This document shows, piece by piece, positions 33,301-48,300 of a stretch of 64,000 nt of DNA. This DNA comes from Ophelia neglecta (taxonomy: Eukaryota). The position numbers were made by a program, and so were the translations under genes. Each line of letters begins with the position of its first letter. Position 1 is the first letter of the stretch. The stretch lies in assembly GCA_965285935.1 (NCBI GenBank), contig OZ260666.1, positions 34,968,001-35,032,000 of the forward strand. The letters run 5' to 3'. The notes under the pieces were generated by a model. It was given only the letters and a program-made list of their open reading frames with translations. It made no database searches and was not told where the DNA came from.

Positions 33301-36300
33301 TCGTGCTTTTTTAATGTTTCTACTTCTGCAAGTCTTTGTGAGAGGCCCACCACAAACACCAGGTTCTTCTGTACAACTCTGAAAATACATAGCACAAGAG
33401 ACGTTAGCATGAAAACCCTAGCAAAATACAACACCTTAACTGTAAACAGGTCAAGTGCCTTGCCATTTAAATCAGTCTTTTTTTCTCTCATCAAAGCTTA
33501 TTAAAATGTGATTCAAGTATATTTAGGATTGTGCCATATGCTTATAAGAGTTTCTATATAGCTATATCACAGAACATGTATAGCAGTAGACCATTTTGTT
33601 ATTTCACAGCAGCTTTCCTCTGCGATGTTGATTTAATACAAGCTCTCAGGGTCGACAGTGGAATCCTTCCTTGACACTACATCTTTTTAATCTAAATCCC
33701 AAACCAGTGACTTGAAAACTAGTATAAAATTATTAATCACCAGAATGAAAAAAGGATAGATTTGGCTATTAATCACATGAAAAACCTATCTGGCCAAATG
33801 CCGTAACCTGATAGCTTATTTATAGTGAGAAATTGCCAGTTACTGTGTGTGAATGTAGTTTGCTTTCTGTTTTGACTGTCTGCAAGTATCTTGGTGAAAA
33901 ACGAGATGGAATTTGGTGCAAGATTGCAGTCAGTGAGCAAATCTCTGAGGGAGGAAAGCTAAGAAGTCGTCAAATATGACTAGCCAAGTCAGGCGGCTCA
34001 GCATGGAGGCTGATTATAAAAACCAGCCTCAGAGATCTTCATTACAGAGACAAAATGTTTGTAATTGTATTTGTCCAGACCAGACACACATGTCTGTCCC
34101 ACTTCGTTGGGAATATAAGAATTGGTGAAAATTGGAAACCGGTTCTTTTCTTTTTTTTTTAAAGGGGAAGACAAACCGGAGATAATTTAAAGCGGATTTG
34201 AAAAAGTCGGCCCCGGTGAGCAGGTAGGCGTAAAATGAACACACACAATACACCTTAGCCGGAGGATTTATCTCGGGAGCTTATCGGGTGATAAGTCTCC
34301 GTCTGCTAGTGCTTGGCCACAAGTCTTTTTTACTGAAATGATAAAGAACGAGCACGTCTCTGATGGTGAAATGAATGGCCTGTGAATCTGATCAATATGG
34401 AGAGGGATGGCCGGAAAGCCGCCAACAGCCTGCCGCAGGAGTAGGGGCCTTAAATGGATTCCATGCCATGATTTTATTACAAAATACCTGAACTCTGGCC
34501 AATAAATTGTGCAATATCTGCCATCATTTTTCCCCAGCACCTGGCTTTAATCCCCGGGAGTTGACCAAGTTTTTTATATTCCATTTAAGCACCGTACACG
34601 CTCAGTCAGACTGAAGGGCTTAGATACAGAAGCACTAACGGCAGGCTTTAATTCAAAGCCAAATCGAGCGAGAGCTTTCAATATAACTAGAGCCGTATGG
34701 CTGATTGCCGCCATTTACCTTGGAGCCCCTTCCTTTCATGGCAATACAATGACAATTCCAAACGCAAACGTTATATGTGACATGCAACTTTCACCTTTTT
34801 GCAAATGTTAATTTGAATTTCATCACAAGCCATTCTCCTTGTCTAATCCAATTTAACAGCCATGAGTTGTGTGAAGTGCCAGTAACCAATGTCACTATTA
34901 AGCCAATCCTTCATGAACAACACGCAAGTAACCAGGGTGACCACAAACAGCCTTCAACACTCAATATTTTAGGGAGATCATATTTAATCTTTAAACTGCA
35001 TCAAGAAAAAGGAGTGGGATGATAAAAAATTGAATTATGAAGACTCACAAAATGAGCAGAAAGCTGGCAAACAATATGAAACGTTTCTTAATCTAACCTG
35101 AACAAAACCCCAATTGGTTGCTTGTCTATCAGTATAAAACTTAATTTCCATGCCACGATGTTTTTCACTGTAGTTAAGATCTTGGCAGCAGAGCGCCTCT
35201 GGAGTAATGGACAATTTAACTATCTCAGGCTGGCAATAATACCAAGTGGCTGAGAGCTTTGGTTGGATTCACGGCATGTGCCTCCGTCTGCCTATATAAT
35301 GGCTGTCCAACTGCTATCGGGGTTCACTTCATGAAGACAACTGGGTAGTTGAGTTGTTGAGGATTCAGGGCCTGTTGCGTGGCCCGTTAAAGCCGACACT
35401 AAGGGGTGAAAAACACATCACATTGCCGGGCTTTATAGAGTGAAGGGCCCCTACATTAAAATCTCCTCTCAATGTCTCCAAACACCTCCGTTGCCTTTCA
35501 CCAGGATGATTTGGCCTTCTCCAGACAGATAATGCATCAATAGGATGGCTTCACAAGGTGCCCCACTCAAAGATGCTTGAGAAAATATAATAAACTGGAC
35601 TGTTAGCGGCACGGCTTTTTACTTGATACTTAGCCGGTAATGACTGGTATCTTGTATTGGCTGGCAGCTCGTTTTATTCAATTTATGACTTACAGTCATA
35701 CTTCAAGACCCAAGCAACTGAGCAGGAAGCTAACAAGAATGTAGCAGTCTGACCTTCAACATCCGACCATCTAACACTCTTACTGGCTTTGACTGACAGG
35801 CTGGCAGCCTTATTGAGAAGGTACACAACTCTGAGAGTGAGCACCAAGAGGGGGGATAACACAGGCCTGTCCCTCCATCCCGGCTTTATGTACGGCGCTG
35901 AGCATGCTGGGAGTAGGGGCTCCACAGTGCTCGGCAGCAGGGTTTGTCTGCTGATAAGGCCTGGACAAAGGCAGTCTCCACTGAGCAGCTCTCAAGGGAC
36001 TCGCCAGCCCACCATGGCACATGAGAAGTCCCCACTGAATGGGATAGCACCTGAGTTGGGCATCTGGCCGCCCATAGCTGGCACAAAAGGGTTTTGTTCA
36101 ATGGCAATGTTAATGGTCAGTTCAGGGAAACACAAACCCCTGCCAATGGCAGAGTTCTGGTAATAATGACAGTGATTTGGGCACAGTTTACACCCAGATA
36201 GGGTTAGTTTCTTGTTTCTGACAAGATCCCTTGCCAGTACAGTCTGAGCTCTCTCAGAGATAATCACACCTGTTTAAGCTCACTTAATACCAGCATAAAA

Positions 36301-39300
36301 TCCCTCAAGAATACCTGTAATACTAGTCTGATAGGGTCTTAAATTGAGAGCTTAAGGTTGGGGATGATGTCTTCGACAGGGGTATCATTGTATCTCCTTT
36401 AGTCCTTCCCTCCCACCATTCTGCTAAATCATCTCCTCCCAGTGAGCAGAAACAATCACACTAATTAATGGCATAACGAGAATCTGATTGAGAAATGAGG
36501 AGAAAATAACAGCGGTGAAATTGCCTTTCCATAACAGTTCAGGCGGTGATAATGCCAAAATCAATATGTGACAAGACTTGTTGAAGACATTAGTTTCCTA
36601 TGGGCAGTGCTCAGCTTTTCTCTTACCCACAGCACATACTAATAATATATACCCCCGTAGATCACATACTTCTGTTCTGCAATAAGGCAATGATTGCAAT
36701 AACCGGACTTTCCTGCGGAAGCTCCCAGCCCAGGAGCGGAGCTCCAAATGGTTGCATAATAATACATTGTTGGTAGCTACATCAAGATCAAAGTGCTGCT
36801 AGCCTCATCTATCACTGCCAGTTGGACAGGACTAATGCCACTGGGGTCTTTATACTGCTTTTTAACAAGACACAGGCAGATGACAATCAGGCCATGTGTA
36901 CACATTGTTTTATAGAGCTTCCGGCTTCATATAGTCGAACTATGAATTATGGGACCTCCGAATACTATCCTACACTGCCGCTGATGACGGTTGATATTTG
37001 TCGAGACATTTAAGAGGAGGTGAGCCGGTACTGATTCCGACCAGCGGATAAAAGTGACAAGGCAATCATGTCTTCTCCGTCCTAAACAATCCTCTTTACG
37101 TCCGTTGGTAGGCAACTGCCTGACACACTGCTCTGTAGAATTACAAGAAAAAAGTGACTTGCTCATGACACAAAACCTGGGCTGATGAACCATATGAAGG
37201 CTGCACTCCTAAATAAGACACATTATGTTTGATCTTAGCAGGCACTATACAGTGAGTTTCAGTTGGCTTTAAATGATCTCAGAATCAAGAGGGGCTCTTC
37301 ATGATTACATGGAGGAGTCTCCTGACTAAAAGCCAGCTTGGAATGGATCAAATATATCAGTGAGACATAAGAGAGATAGCAAAGGCTCATTGTTAGTTTT
37401 ATAATAATAGTACTATTGATTGTGTTAGCTCATCAGACCGTATAGGGGGCTATGTGATTGGACACAGTAGGACATATAAGCTGCTGTATGTAATGGTTCC
37501 TCAGCTTGATCAAAGGAGATCTGAGCTCCTTGCCGAGAGACTCTCCAGGTGGCCATTGCCCATTTACACTTCATCTGGGGTGCACGGAAAGTGTGCACTC
37601 CATTTGATGGCTTCACAGAAGATTTGAAAGGTGTAACATGTGTTAACCTTCGTCACATAGAGCAATTTCTATGCACATAATTTATGAGATAGCAACATTA
37701 CAACATACTTCTACTTCCAGGGCTGATACTGGAAAAGCAGTTTGCTAAAAATGCAGCCATCAAATTCTCATATCTTATCACACTAGAAGCATCTGGTAAC
37801 TTCAAGGCCAGAAAGACCTGCTATGGAGAGGGACGGAGTGGTCGGCTAGGCACAGCCCTGGCCCACAAACTGAATACACTGATGGATCAACGGCTGTAAA
37901 CAGGAATATTCCTTTCCATGAGCGGCAATCTCCAGCCACCAGCCAGAGAGGGGGGTCCATTCCTCTTATGGGAGCATTGATTTTCATACATGTCATGCCT
38001 GAACTATGCACTTTAGAAGATTACATTCACAATTCAATAGTCAAACGTCAAACGCTTAGGTCTGAGAGGGCAGGGAACATGGTCAAGAATATGGTAGGCT
38101 GTTTGGTGGCCCCTGCAAAACACCTGGGGCCTAATTGCTCCCTGGGCCCCTTTCCTGTCACCCCCATGGCCGGTGGAGGCCAGCTACGAGCCCCTAGTAG
38201 ACATACATGTATAATGCAAGACGTGGAAGCATTTGAAGTTACTTTAGACAATGAAGCTTCTCCAGACCAAGGTTTTGGTGATAAAGAGGCTATAATATAG
38301 CTGAAAAGGCACTTAGTAGATTTCAACTGAGTTCAGTTCAGTATAGAGCAATACGTCTCTGTGGATGTGGTTTAGTATGGAAGCCCAGGCCCTCTACTTG
38401 TGCCCTGACTAGTCTACAGGTCTGATTGAGTGGCGTTTCATACAATCAGATTAATTTAGACCACACCATCTGTGGCTCTAGTCAGTAAATAATCTACGAA
38501 AAACCTTAATTCACCGCCAGCTAGCAGACCAATAATACAAGCTCCATGCAGCCAGGGAATCCTTTTTACCAGAGGGTCATAAATCTAAGGCCTTCCCATA
38601 TATCTTTTTATTTTATTTGTATCACAAATAGTCGAATCCTTCTTTTCCCAAAGAACCACCACCGAGCAGCCTTATGTTTGCAGAGAATTCTAAATCCTAC
38701 CGACTGGCTTGGTATCTGAGAAAACTAGACAGGGACCACTCTAAAATCCTGAACAACGTGTTAATCATATTTTGTATACCCAACTCCTGGCTCCTACCCC
38801 TTATAAGGTCTTCCTCCAGGCTTAAGATCACTTACATTTGCTTTAATATCCTTAACAAATGGAAAATGGGGGAAAAACCCCAAACGAAAGGGCAAGTCTA
38901 CTTGGTCCCCCAAAATAGTCCCATATTCCAAGTCCCCCTTCCTTTAAACACACCATCTAGTGAGATTAGGGTATAATGCTATTCATACCTCATTTCTCCC
39001 TAGGCTTAGGGAGTAAAGCCCCAGCACCAGAACAGACCTGACCCTGCATCTCCCCAACCCATGCCCACCCAGGCCTCATTCATGTCCACCCAGGTCTCCT
39101 ACTTCTGACCTACCAGCCTTGCCTTAAGCTTGTCTACTACACGTTGATACTGACATTAATATTAATATTGTAGTACATCACTCACACAAGGATAAATACA
39201 CAATTACTGGTACTATTTATCAAAAAACACTCCTATTACTCACTAAACATCATGGCATAGAGGTTACTAGTTTCCCAGTCCATTAGCTGCCAGTTCTACA

Positions 39301-42300
39301 GTCAGCCCTAGTATTAATACTGACTGGCCTCTATTCTCCCTAGCCTAAAGAAAAATACAATTTGTGTACTGATGTCTATTCCCCCTACCATAGAGAACAC
39401 CATATTATTTGTGCACTGATGTCTATTCCCCCTACCATAGAGAAAACCATATTATTTGTGTACTGATGTCTATTCCCACTACCATAGAGAACACCATATT
39501 ATTTGTGTACTGATGTCTATTCCCCCTACCATAGAGAACACCATATTATTTGTATATTATTTGTGTACTGATGTCTATTCCCACTACCATAGAGAACACC
39601 ATATTATTTGTGTACTGATTTCTATTCCCCCTACCATAGAGAACACCATATTATTTGTGTACTGATGTCTATTCCCCCTACCATAGAGAACACCATATTA
39701 TTTGTGTACTGATGTCTATTCCCCCTACCATAGAGAACACCATATTATTTGTGTACTGATGTCTATTCCCCCTACCATAGAGAACACCATATTATTTGTG
39801 TACTGATGTCTATTCCCCCTACCATTGGGAACACCATATTATTTGTGTACTGATGCGAGTCTATTCCCCTACCATAGAGAACACCATATTATTTGTGTAC
39901 TGATGTCTATTCCCCCTACCATAGAGAACACCATATTATTTGTGTACTGATGTCTATTCCCCCTACCATAGAGAACACCATATTATTTGTGTACTGATGT
40001 CTATTCCCCCTACCATAGAGAACACCATATTATTTGTGTACTGATGTCTATTCCCCCTACCATAGAGAACACCATATTATTTGTGTACTGATGTCTATTC
40101 CCCCTTTAGAACAGCCCTTTATTTTGATACAGACCTGACATTGGCCAAGTGTTTTCTGTTTTCTGCAGCTTTCTGTTTCCTCTGAACCTCCTTCTGTCGT
40201 CGCTCTTTTTTGATCCTTGCCAGTCTGAAAAATATGTTTTAAAGTAGGATATAGTAGAGAGAAGTAATTATGATCAATGATACGACTGGCAGGAAGATGA
40301 GATGAGGCTGAAATATCATGATAAACACTAGTAAGGCGCTGTTTACCTCACCCACAGGAAAGGTTTTAAAAATAAAGAGCATTATAGACCTGGATGGCAA
40401 AGATCGCAGGCAAACAAAAGATATTCCATTTGAGGCAAAAAAAAAGTTTGTAAGCCCTTAACACTTCAGCAACAATATCATTATCCTTCTCTTCAAACAG
40501 AGCCCTGGATCATGAAATACAACACATAGCAGCAGGGTTGGTTTTGTCAAGAATATTATCCTCAAGATGACTCTGTATTGTTATGATAGTCAGTTTTCTA
40601 TATGACTGGTTTAGCTCTTTCCCCAATAATGCACTATGCCTACCATATCAGCTTTCTTAATAGCTTACTTGAGCTGTATTATAAAGAGTTTTTCTATTCT
40701 TGGCAAGGCTCTTGGCGGCCATTTAAGTAAAGATGGCCTTTCTGTAATTGATCCAGAATAACATATGGAGACAAGCCAAGGCCACAGACCACTCACCTGG
40801 TGACGATACCCATTGTAAAAGGATCATTTCAAACAGGACTCATTTCGATAATAGTTCCCAAAGAAAAATAAACTTAAAATCTTCAAGGACTTTGTCAAGG
40901 AACCTCCCCTTGTGAGGCAGTCAAAGACAAATGTTTGCCTCTGTAATTATGAGATAGGGCCAACAGAGGATTGATACCTTGTGATGAATGGAGAGAAGAG
41001 GGGTTAATATGCATGCCCTCGGCCAGGCTTGGCCAGTCCAGGAGATTAAGGACAACCTTGGGTCTGTCCTGGTCATTTGAAGTCCATCTCTGCCGTCCTG
41101 TAAGCACTCTAGTGCTGCACAGGGTAGAAATCAAGGCTTCATTAACTTTACAATCACATTTATGTCTGTTTATGGACTGTTTACACCGGATCACAAGGCT
41201 CAGCTCAATAGATTTTGGGGTTCAGTTTCATAGCAATGACCTGTAAATCAACAGCCATATAAAGCCCAATCCACACTTATGTCTCTGTATTATTGCTATT
41301 GTGGCTTGGCTTACTAGGTGTACTTCTCCACCTCCCACATACATTAGATCTAATTGCGATATATTGTAGGCAGAGACAATAGGGAGGAACTCTGCGTGTG
41401 CGCTGGCCAAAATGTATGATCATTGATCAGGGTAACGGGAGGGAAGCAGATCGATCTTGTACAATAGACTATTACTGTAATGAAGCCATGTATCTTCTGG
41501 CGAGGCGTTCACAACCAGCCTGCCACCGCCTTGCCAGACTCCCATCTCAAGCACACTCGCGACACATGTAGAAAGTCACTAAACCCAACTCTAAATTAGA
41601 ACTACTTATATTGCCTAAAGCCGAGCGGGATATTAAGCTCTGACTAAAGGAGATGAAGCTGAGTAACGAGTTATATCAAACATCAACTGAGCGCAAGGAA
41701 TATTCAAGACAATCTCTTTTCTTCATGGGACTCCATTCAGTAATCTGAAAGCCAATAATGCCAAACAGAATTGGTGTGCCCAATATATCATTAATTAATT
41801 TGTTTTATCCTCTTTCTATATAAAATTTCCTCCAATCTCTCTAATCATGGTATCCAGATCTTTAGCCTACAACATTTCTTATCAATCAGATTTCCTCTTT
41901 TCTCTTCTTTACTGAAATCACCATAAAGCTATTTCCCAGAGTACAATGATTGAGCTAAATGCAGTTGCCAAATCTCCATAACCCATTTAATGAAGGAGGC
42001 GTCCATGATAAAGATCAACTGGCTTGGGAATTACAATATATCAAAAATAAAAACACCCCCCCCCCCTGGCACCCCTTCGCCCCATATTTCCTCAGCACTG
42101 TTGACTTTCCTATGGGATCTAACCCACTCCAGCAGCCAGTGGACAATAACTTGCTGATCCTGCTTCATACTTTGTGCTGTAGTAGTGCACATGGGACCCA
42201 GCCGCCGAGATCAGTGATTTACGCTGATTAACGCCATCCAACTCAATACACACACACAATACTCATCACTGCTATACCTCTGTCACGTTTTATGACAATT

Positions 42301-45300
42301 TCAAGTAACTGAGCAACACTTCCCGGCTGCACATAATTCATGGACTTGTGTGGCGGTGTGGTGTCGTTTTTTTCAATGGTTGATGTAGAGTGTGTTAGCG
42401 TGTAGTGAGACCTATTAGCCGTCCTGTTGATTATGATACAGCAATGCCTCCACCTGACATAGCGGCCATGCACTCCAAACAGGACCTCAACGTTTTTAAG
42501 CGGAATATATCAAAATTGCTTTCCAAATGACAATAGTCATGATACTAGTCAACTCCTAAAAACAACAATTTATTAGTCTGGCTGTATGGCCAGGTTTATA
42601 CAAGTTTTGCTTTAATTCCGCCAATGCTGAAAAATCATACCTCATGCCATTTTCTCACATGTAATCTTGATGACTAATGGTCGCATTAGGTTTTGTTGCC
42701 ACTCCCAACAAAATATCTGTGTCAATATAATGATCAAAATCCACAGTAACTAGAGGTGACAACCACCACATAATCTACTACTCATCATGGTTCATGGAGG
42801 AGATCAAAGGTCATTCTGGCATGCAATAGTCTGGTTTTTCATTCAAAAATGAAGAATACCCAGACAACAGACGGCTAATACTTGGTGTCATCGCTGGTGA
42901 ACCAAGTAGGCGAGTAAGGATGGTAGGGTCCTCACTTGCCATCAAGTGACAACAACCATTTGACTTGTCCTCAAAAGTTGTAGGATCTTGAAACTTAAGT
43001 GATCATTTGAACCAGAACCTGAACAGACCACATTAAATTCTCAAAATGAATTCATTCTCCTGTTTAAACCTGTTTTAGCAGTAAGTAAGTAAGTGAAAGT
43101 GGGTGATTCAATCTAGAGAAGGTCAAAACCCACCAAACACTTGACATTAAAAGGTTGAAAAATCTTTGGACGAGCATGGGCCTGCGATTAGCCAAAGTAT
43201 AGGAATGACATTTTTGTGCACTTTCATCCACCACAAAAACTTACTCTTCTGTAAAATGACATTTGATTCCAAAAGTGCACACAGATAGCCTAATCTTCTA
43301 TTGGTCGATCGAGGGATTGCTTCATAAGCTTCATTCCACCAACCCCTATAGGGACAATTGCCTATCAAAGACTGATAGCTGATTGGTAGGAAGACTGCAG
43401 AGTCATAGAGGAATTCCCAATTTCTAGCCAACCACAGTGTTAGGGCATGATAAAAAAAAGGGAAATACCCTTGTGGTTATATACCCTCTAAGGTTCTCAC
43501 ACAGTCGGTGTTCCAGCTCAGTTCTGGTCCCGCTCGGTTTCTTTTTTATGATCATTACACCAAAACTCGATTGTCAACAAGGGCCAAAGACAGTATGGAT
43601 AAAGAGCAGTCGTAACCCTGCACATGCCCCGTTGCATACCGATTCACAAGAGAGTTATTCCACATGATCAGCCATACTCAAGACAGCAGTCTCCACTCCT
43701 TAGCCTCTTTTTTTGTTAGGCAAATATTTAGATCTGATGCCTATTACAGCAGATAGTAAGCAGATAAATATTCTCAAGATTCCTCTTTTTTCAGCACAGA
43801 GGCAAAAGTGACCAATCAATGAATAATAAAGCATTAAAATCCAAGCAGAGCATTAAAAAATGAAGAGAAGTAAATCCAATGTGGTGTACAAATTCATTTA
43901 ATGTGATGTTTCGGTCTATCCAACCTCCTACAGGTATAAAAATGACCTTTTTTCTTTTTCATACCTGACGAATGTTAGATAATCTGAAGCATTATATTAA
44001 ATAAATTCCCACACCAAATTGAATTTACTTTTCATCATTTTTTTTCACCAATGTCTACAACTTTCCCCCTGAAAGTCCAGACCCTAAGATATTTACAAAT
44101 GGCAAAAACAAACAAGGGAATATAAATCCGATTTGCTTGTGGGCCACACTAGATTGTTTTGTATACTAAGATAAAATATAGAGACAATCTGCAAGACCCA
44201 TAGCACTTTACCTACATCAATAAGAGAGTTGAGTTTAGAGACCCATGGCTCTGAAGGTGTTAAGTGACCACTTACCATCTACAGCCAGGGTGGCCACATT
44301 GTAGCAGTTCTACATGGTACAATGGTGGCCAGAATTTCCATCAATTTTTCTCTTATTTTAGATTGGGGGAGTATAGAGTATACATTGAGCTAGTGACTGA
44401 TGGGCCTTGACTGTATATCAGTAATACCTTGTCAACAGCACCTGCCTCTCCTCCCGGGCTGACAGTGTGGACAAGGAGTCCTCGGCTCCAGCCTCAAGTG
44501 CAGGACACACAGGCAGCTTGTCTTCTCTGCCCGCTCGCCCTTTCTTCATGGATTTCCTGGGGGTCTGGCAGAGTATTAAGGGCTCTAAAGAGTGCAGCTC
44601 TGTTACACAAACAAAAAGGCTGCTTTCACAGAAGAGACATCGGTAACTGTCATCTGGCTTTTTGTCTACTTTAATGCAGCCCAGTGGAAGGTAGAGTCAT
44701 TAATTTTGAGGCAATCAACTCAACAAATGACATTCTCTACTTGTGAAAACACTTCAAGGATTGGATAGAAATGGAATGCTGACAACAGTTATCCCTTGGG
44801 ACTGAGCAGTGGAGGAAAACACTATGAGCAGTCCCCTCTGACCAAAGCTTATCAAACAAACAAATGCCCAGGGGTATGACGGACAAAGACTAACAATTTT
44901 CTAATATTTTGTGGGCATTTTCTTCTCGTGGAATATCTTGATCCATGAAGTAATGTATACAAGTGCCACCTTAGCCCACTCGTTTAAACAAGCTGAGGAG
45001 ATGAGATAGCATGGCTAGCCACACAAGGACTGCTCAATGGATACCTTAAATTGAGCACCTAAATCCCCAGCTCTTCTCTTTATAAGGCTTTTTGGTACCT
45101 TTCAGCGGTCGTTATACAAGGTTTTTCGCTGGCGGTTCTCGCCAGCGTGCAGTTTCATAGACTTATCATCAGTCAGGCAAGACGCAAAAGGCTACATCAT
45201 TTAGACTGTCATTGTCTATTCGGTCCACAAACTTCCCAATTAACCTGGTGCTCAGTTTCAGCCTTGAGGCCTCTTCTTTTTATAACCCAGGCATATGGTA

Positions 45301-48300
45301 CCCGCCTCAAAAATCCTGCATAAAAATAGCAATGGACAAAACGTAGGAGACAGGATAGCGACCATGGCAGCCCCAGCTCATCAGTCATGAAGCTGGCAGA
45401 GACAAATTACAGACTTAAATTATGCTATTAAGAGAAGCAAGAGGGCTTGTATCAGCAATAACTAATGACTACGAGAAGGAACCAACGGCTGCTTCATGTA
45501 AAACATGCTGTTTTCACCAGAATTACTTTTCATTTGCTTACAACAATAAGCCTCGAAAAGAGTGATTACAGTGCTGTAGGCATAAAGTCAAGATATCATA
45601 AAAACAGCTTCTTCTACGAGCATCAGGATTCCAGAAAAATAGGGAAAACTGGCAAATTACATGCCATACTATTTGGGTGTTTTACATGACTATCTACTTG
45701 GCCGTGATGGGAGTCTAAGTGGTGTGTCTATGGGCCTTCTGCATAAGTCTGTCACCTGTCATTGTGTACAGATTGAGCTGGAGGGGTGACCCCAATAAAT
45801 GTAGTTATCTCTATCAATTGATGATTACATTATCCCCCTCAATGGGCATACTTCAACCAGGCTATGGGTCGATGATGAAGGCTGCATCAACAATTCAATT
45901 ACCCCACAAGCTCTCATTTCACAAGAATTGCTTTCTGGTGAATTGTATTAAGTCAGTGCATGGAATGATTTAATAATTTAGATATAATTTTCTGAAAGGA
46001 GAGCCCAGCTAGCTCAATGGGTGTAATGATGCTCGATATTAATATAGACCTTTCTTCTTCTTCTTTGAGGTGTTGTTGTAGAAACTCGGCTGTAACATCA
46101 GAACATTACACCATGCACGTCACACATAACTTTTTTGTGCCAATGAAGACTCCAGCAGCTTCCTCCCCCATTGACAGATGATGAAGATTAAAATGACATT
46201 GTTGTTTTCAGTGGGCAGAGCAGCCAAAGTCAGAGAGCTGTAACTTGCTCTGTTCATCAAGTTGGCTTTCAACCTTTGAGCAACAAATTGCCCAACCGTT
46301 TGAAGAGCAGGTTGTAGCAAGCTAGTTTGGTTCTGTGGCCTACCTAAAGAACCTGTTTAGCTCATCAAGACCCTCTACGTGTACATCTGTGGAGGCTGTA
46401 ACACCTTATACGTCAGCCACCCGCTCTTGTTAGCCCATTACACTTTCTACACCCACCTTTTTTGCACAATAAATCACAGACCGACAGTTTCTTTAACATT
46501 TATAGCATGCTGACTAGCTACCAGGCTAGAAATGGTGCTTCTTATTATACATGTAGGGAGATCTTAAACTTGTCATTTTCATGTGTATAATCTTGCTATA
46601 GCGATAACTATGGCACATAAACAGAAACCCCATCCGCCGGAGGCAGATAAAACATAAAATCTATATCATTCCTGACAATCCCTTAAATCATAAACTAGCT
46701 TTCTTTATTATTGTCACTATCCAGCATAATTTCCCACTACTTTTCCATCTATATGCATGGTCAACCTACCCCTACAGGGACCACTCTGCACTGAAGGACT
46801 ACATGCACAATGACTTGAATAGAGAGATTACCACAGCCACTAGTATACATGGTAGACCACCACTCCTCAAGTTGTGGAGACAGCTGCGCTGATGAGTCTC
46901 AGAAGTCATCGCCATACAAATCTCATATTGTGGCATCTTGAGAAATGAGGTGGTTGAGAAAAGTGTCAAGAGCAGCTGGAAGGTGACTGTCTAAAGTAGC
47001 AGTGAATATGTATATGGTCCATTGGTAGGCGACAACATCACAGGGATCCTCACTTTTTCTTATAAATGAACTACAATGTCCAATTGGCAGGACATAGCTA
47101 TAAGGAGCGAGTAGGGGCTTCCATATAGTTGGGATCGATGTCACTAGGGGCATGCCTCTGGCCCTAATTAGGGGATATCAAACACCAGGCCCACGTAAAA
47201 CGACAGGGCTCCAATTACTACCATTAGCTAATAAGGCCTCGGTCCTCCTCGTGGTCAAAACAGGACACTGCTGGTGTTAACAGATTTCTGGTTCTGCTAG
47301 AAAGGCAATTTCAAGACTCCTTTCCAGGAAAATGGCCATAAGTAATTTGATTAGCAGCCATCTGTACCAGTCTGCTTCTTTGTACAGCATGGGCAGAACG
47401 GGCAAAGCAGCATCCCGAGGCACCTGATCATGGGCCCTGCCCTCCATCCCGAGGGAAGGCAATGATCTAGTCCCCTGTCAGCCACTACCTACAGCAATTG
47501 GCTCACACAAATGTTGATATTTGTGTCCCCGGGGCTTACAGACTTAGCTTCACAATTGTTGATTAGCAGCCATTCTCTAATGAGGATTCCATTTCCCAAG
47601 TAGAATTAGGTCGGGACCTACGTCAATAGGTTTGGCCCTTGCCATCGCCTGTGACATTAATGTCATTTCTCGGCCATGACAGGTTGCTGCTCCGGAAAAT
47701 CCCAATCTCAATATCCCCAATACATGAAATCCAGTCCCCCATCATTGCCATGCCGTAACATAAGAGCTCCAGTGGAGGGAGAAATCCCTACTGGGCTCTA
47801 TTCCCCAAAAGCTTGCATCTCAAATACGATACTCGACACACTGAATTGCCAATGACAAGTTTGCATGTCTGAGAAATCCTGGGCATTCAGTTCTGATGGG
47901 GCGTCACTCTCAAACACGCCAGGATTACGCACATGTCAACAACACTAACCATACTTAGGACCTGACCAGGATACGGCTAACCAAATGGCTTATGACTTGA
48001 CATACGGCTTAATTATTTTAGTCAAGAGTCTGCAAGGATAAGCTGTAATGCTTTGTATAATATTATGCTGATGTTAGACAACAGAGTGTACCAGAGATCT
48101 ACCATGTTCTGCAGGGGTCAACATCAGCTAAACTTTGTGTGTGTGTATTGACACTTCCCCTCCTCTAAGTTTAGCCCATGTATCTTAGAACTCTTGTGTG
48201 TGTATTGACACTTCCCCTCCTCTACGTATAGCCTATGTATCCTAAGTTTAGACCAATTGGCATTTGGCAGTGAGGCGAGGAGATTGAAGAGAAATCTAAG

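Noticed and set aside
46209-46290. Minus-strand frame LDEQSKLQLSDFGCSAH resembling a kinase DFG segment
   Set aside because: Immediately followed by a stop, with no HRD/APE motifs or flanking splice sites; likely chance.
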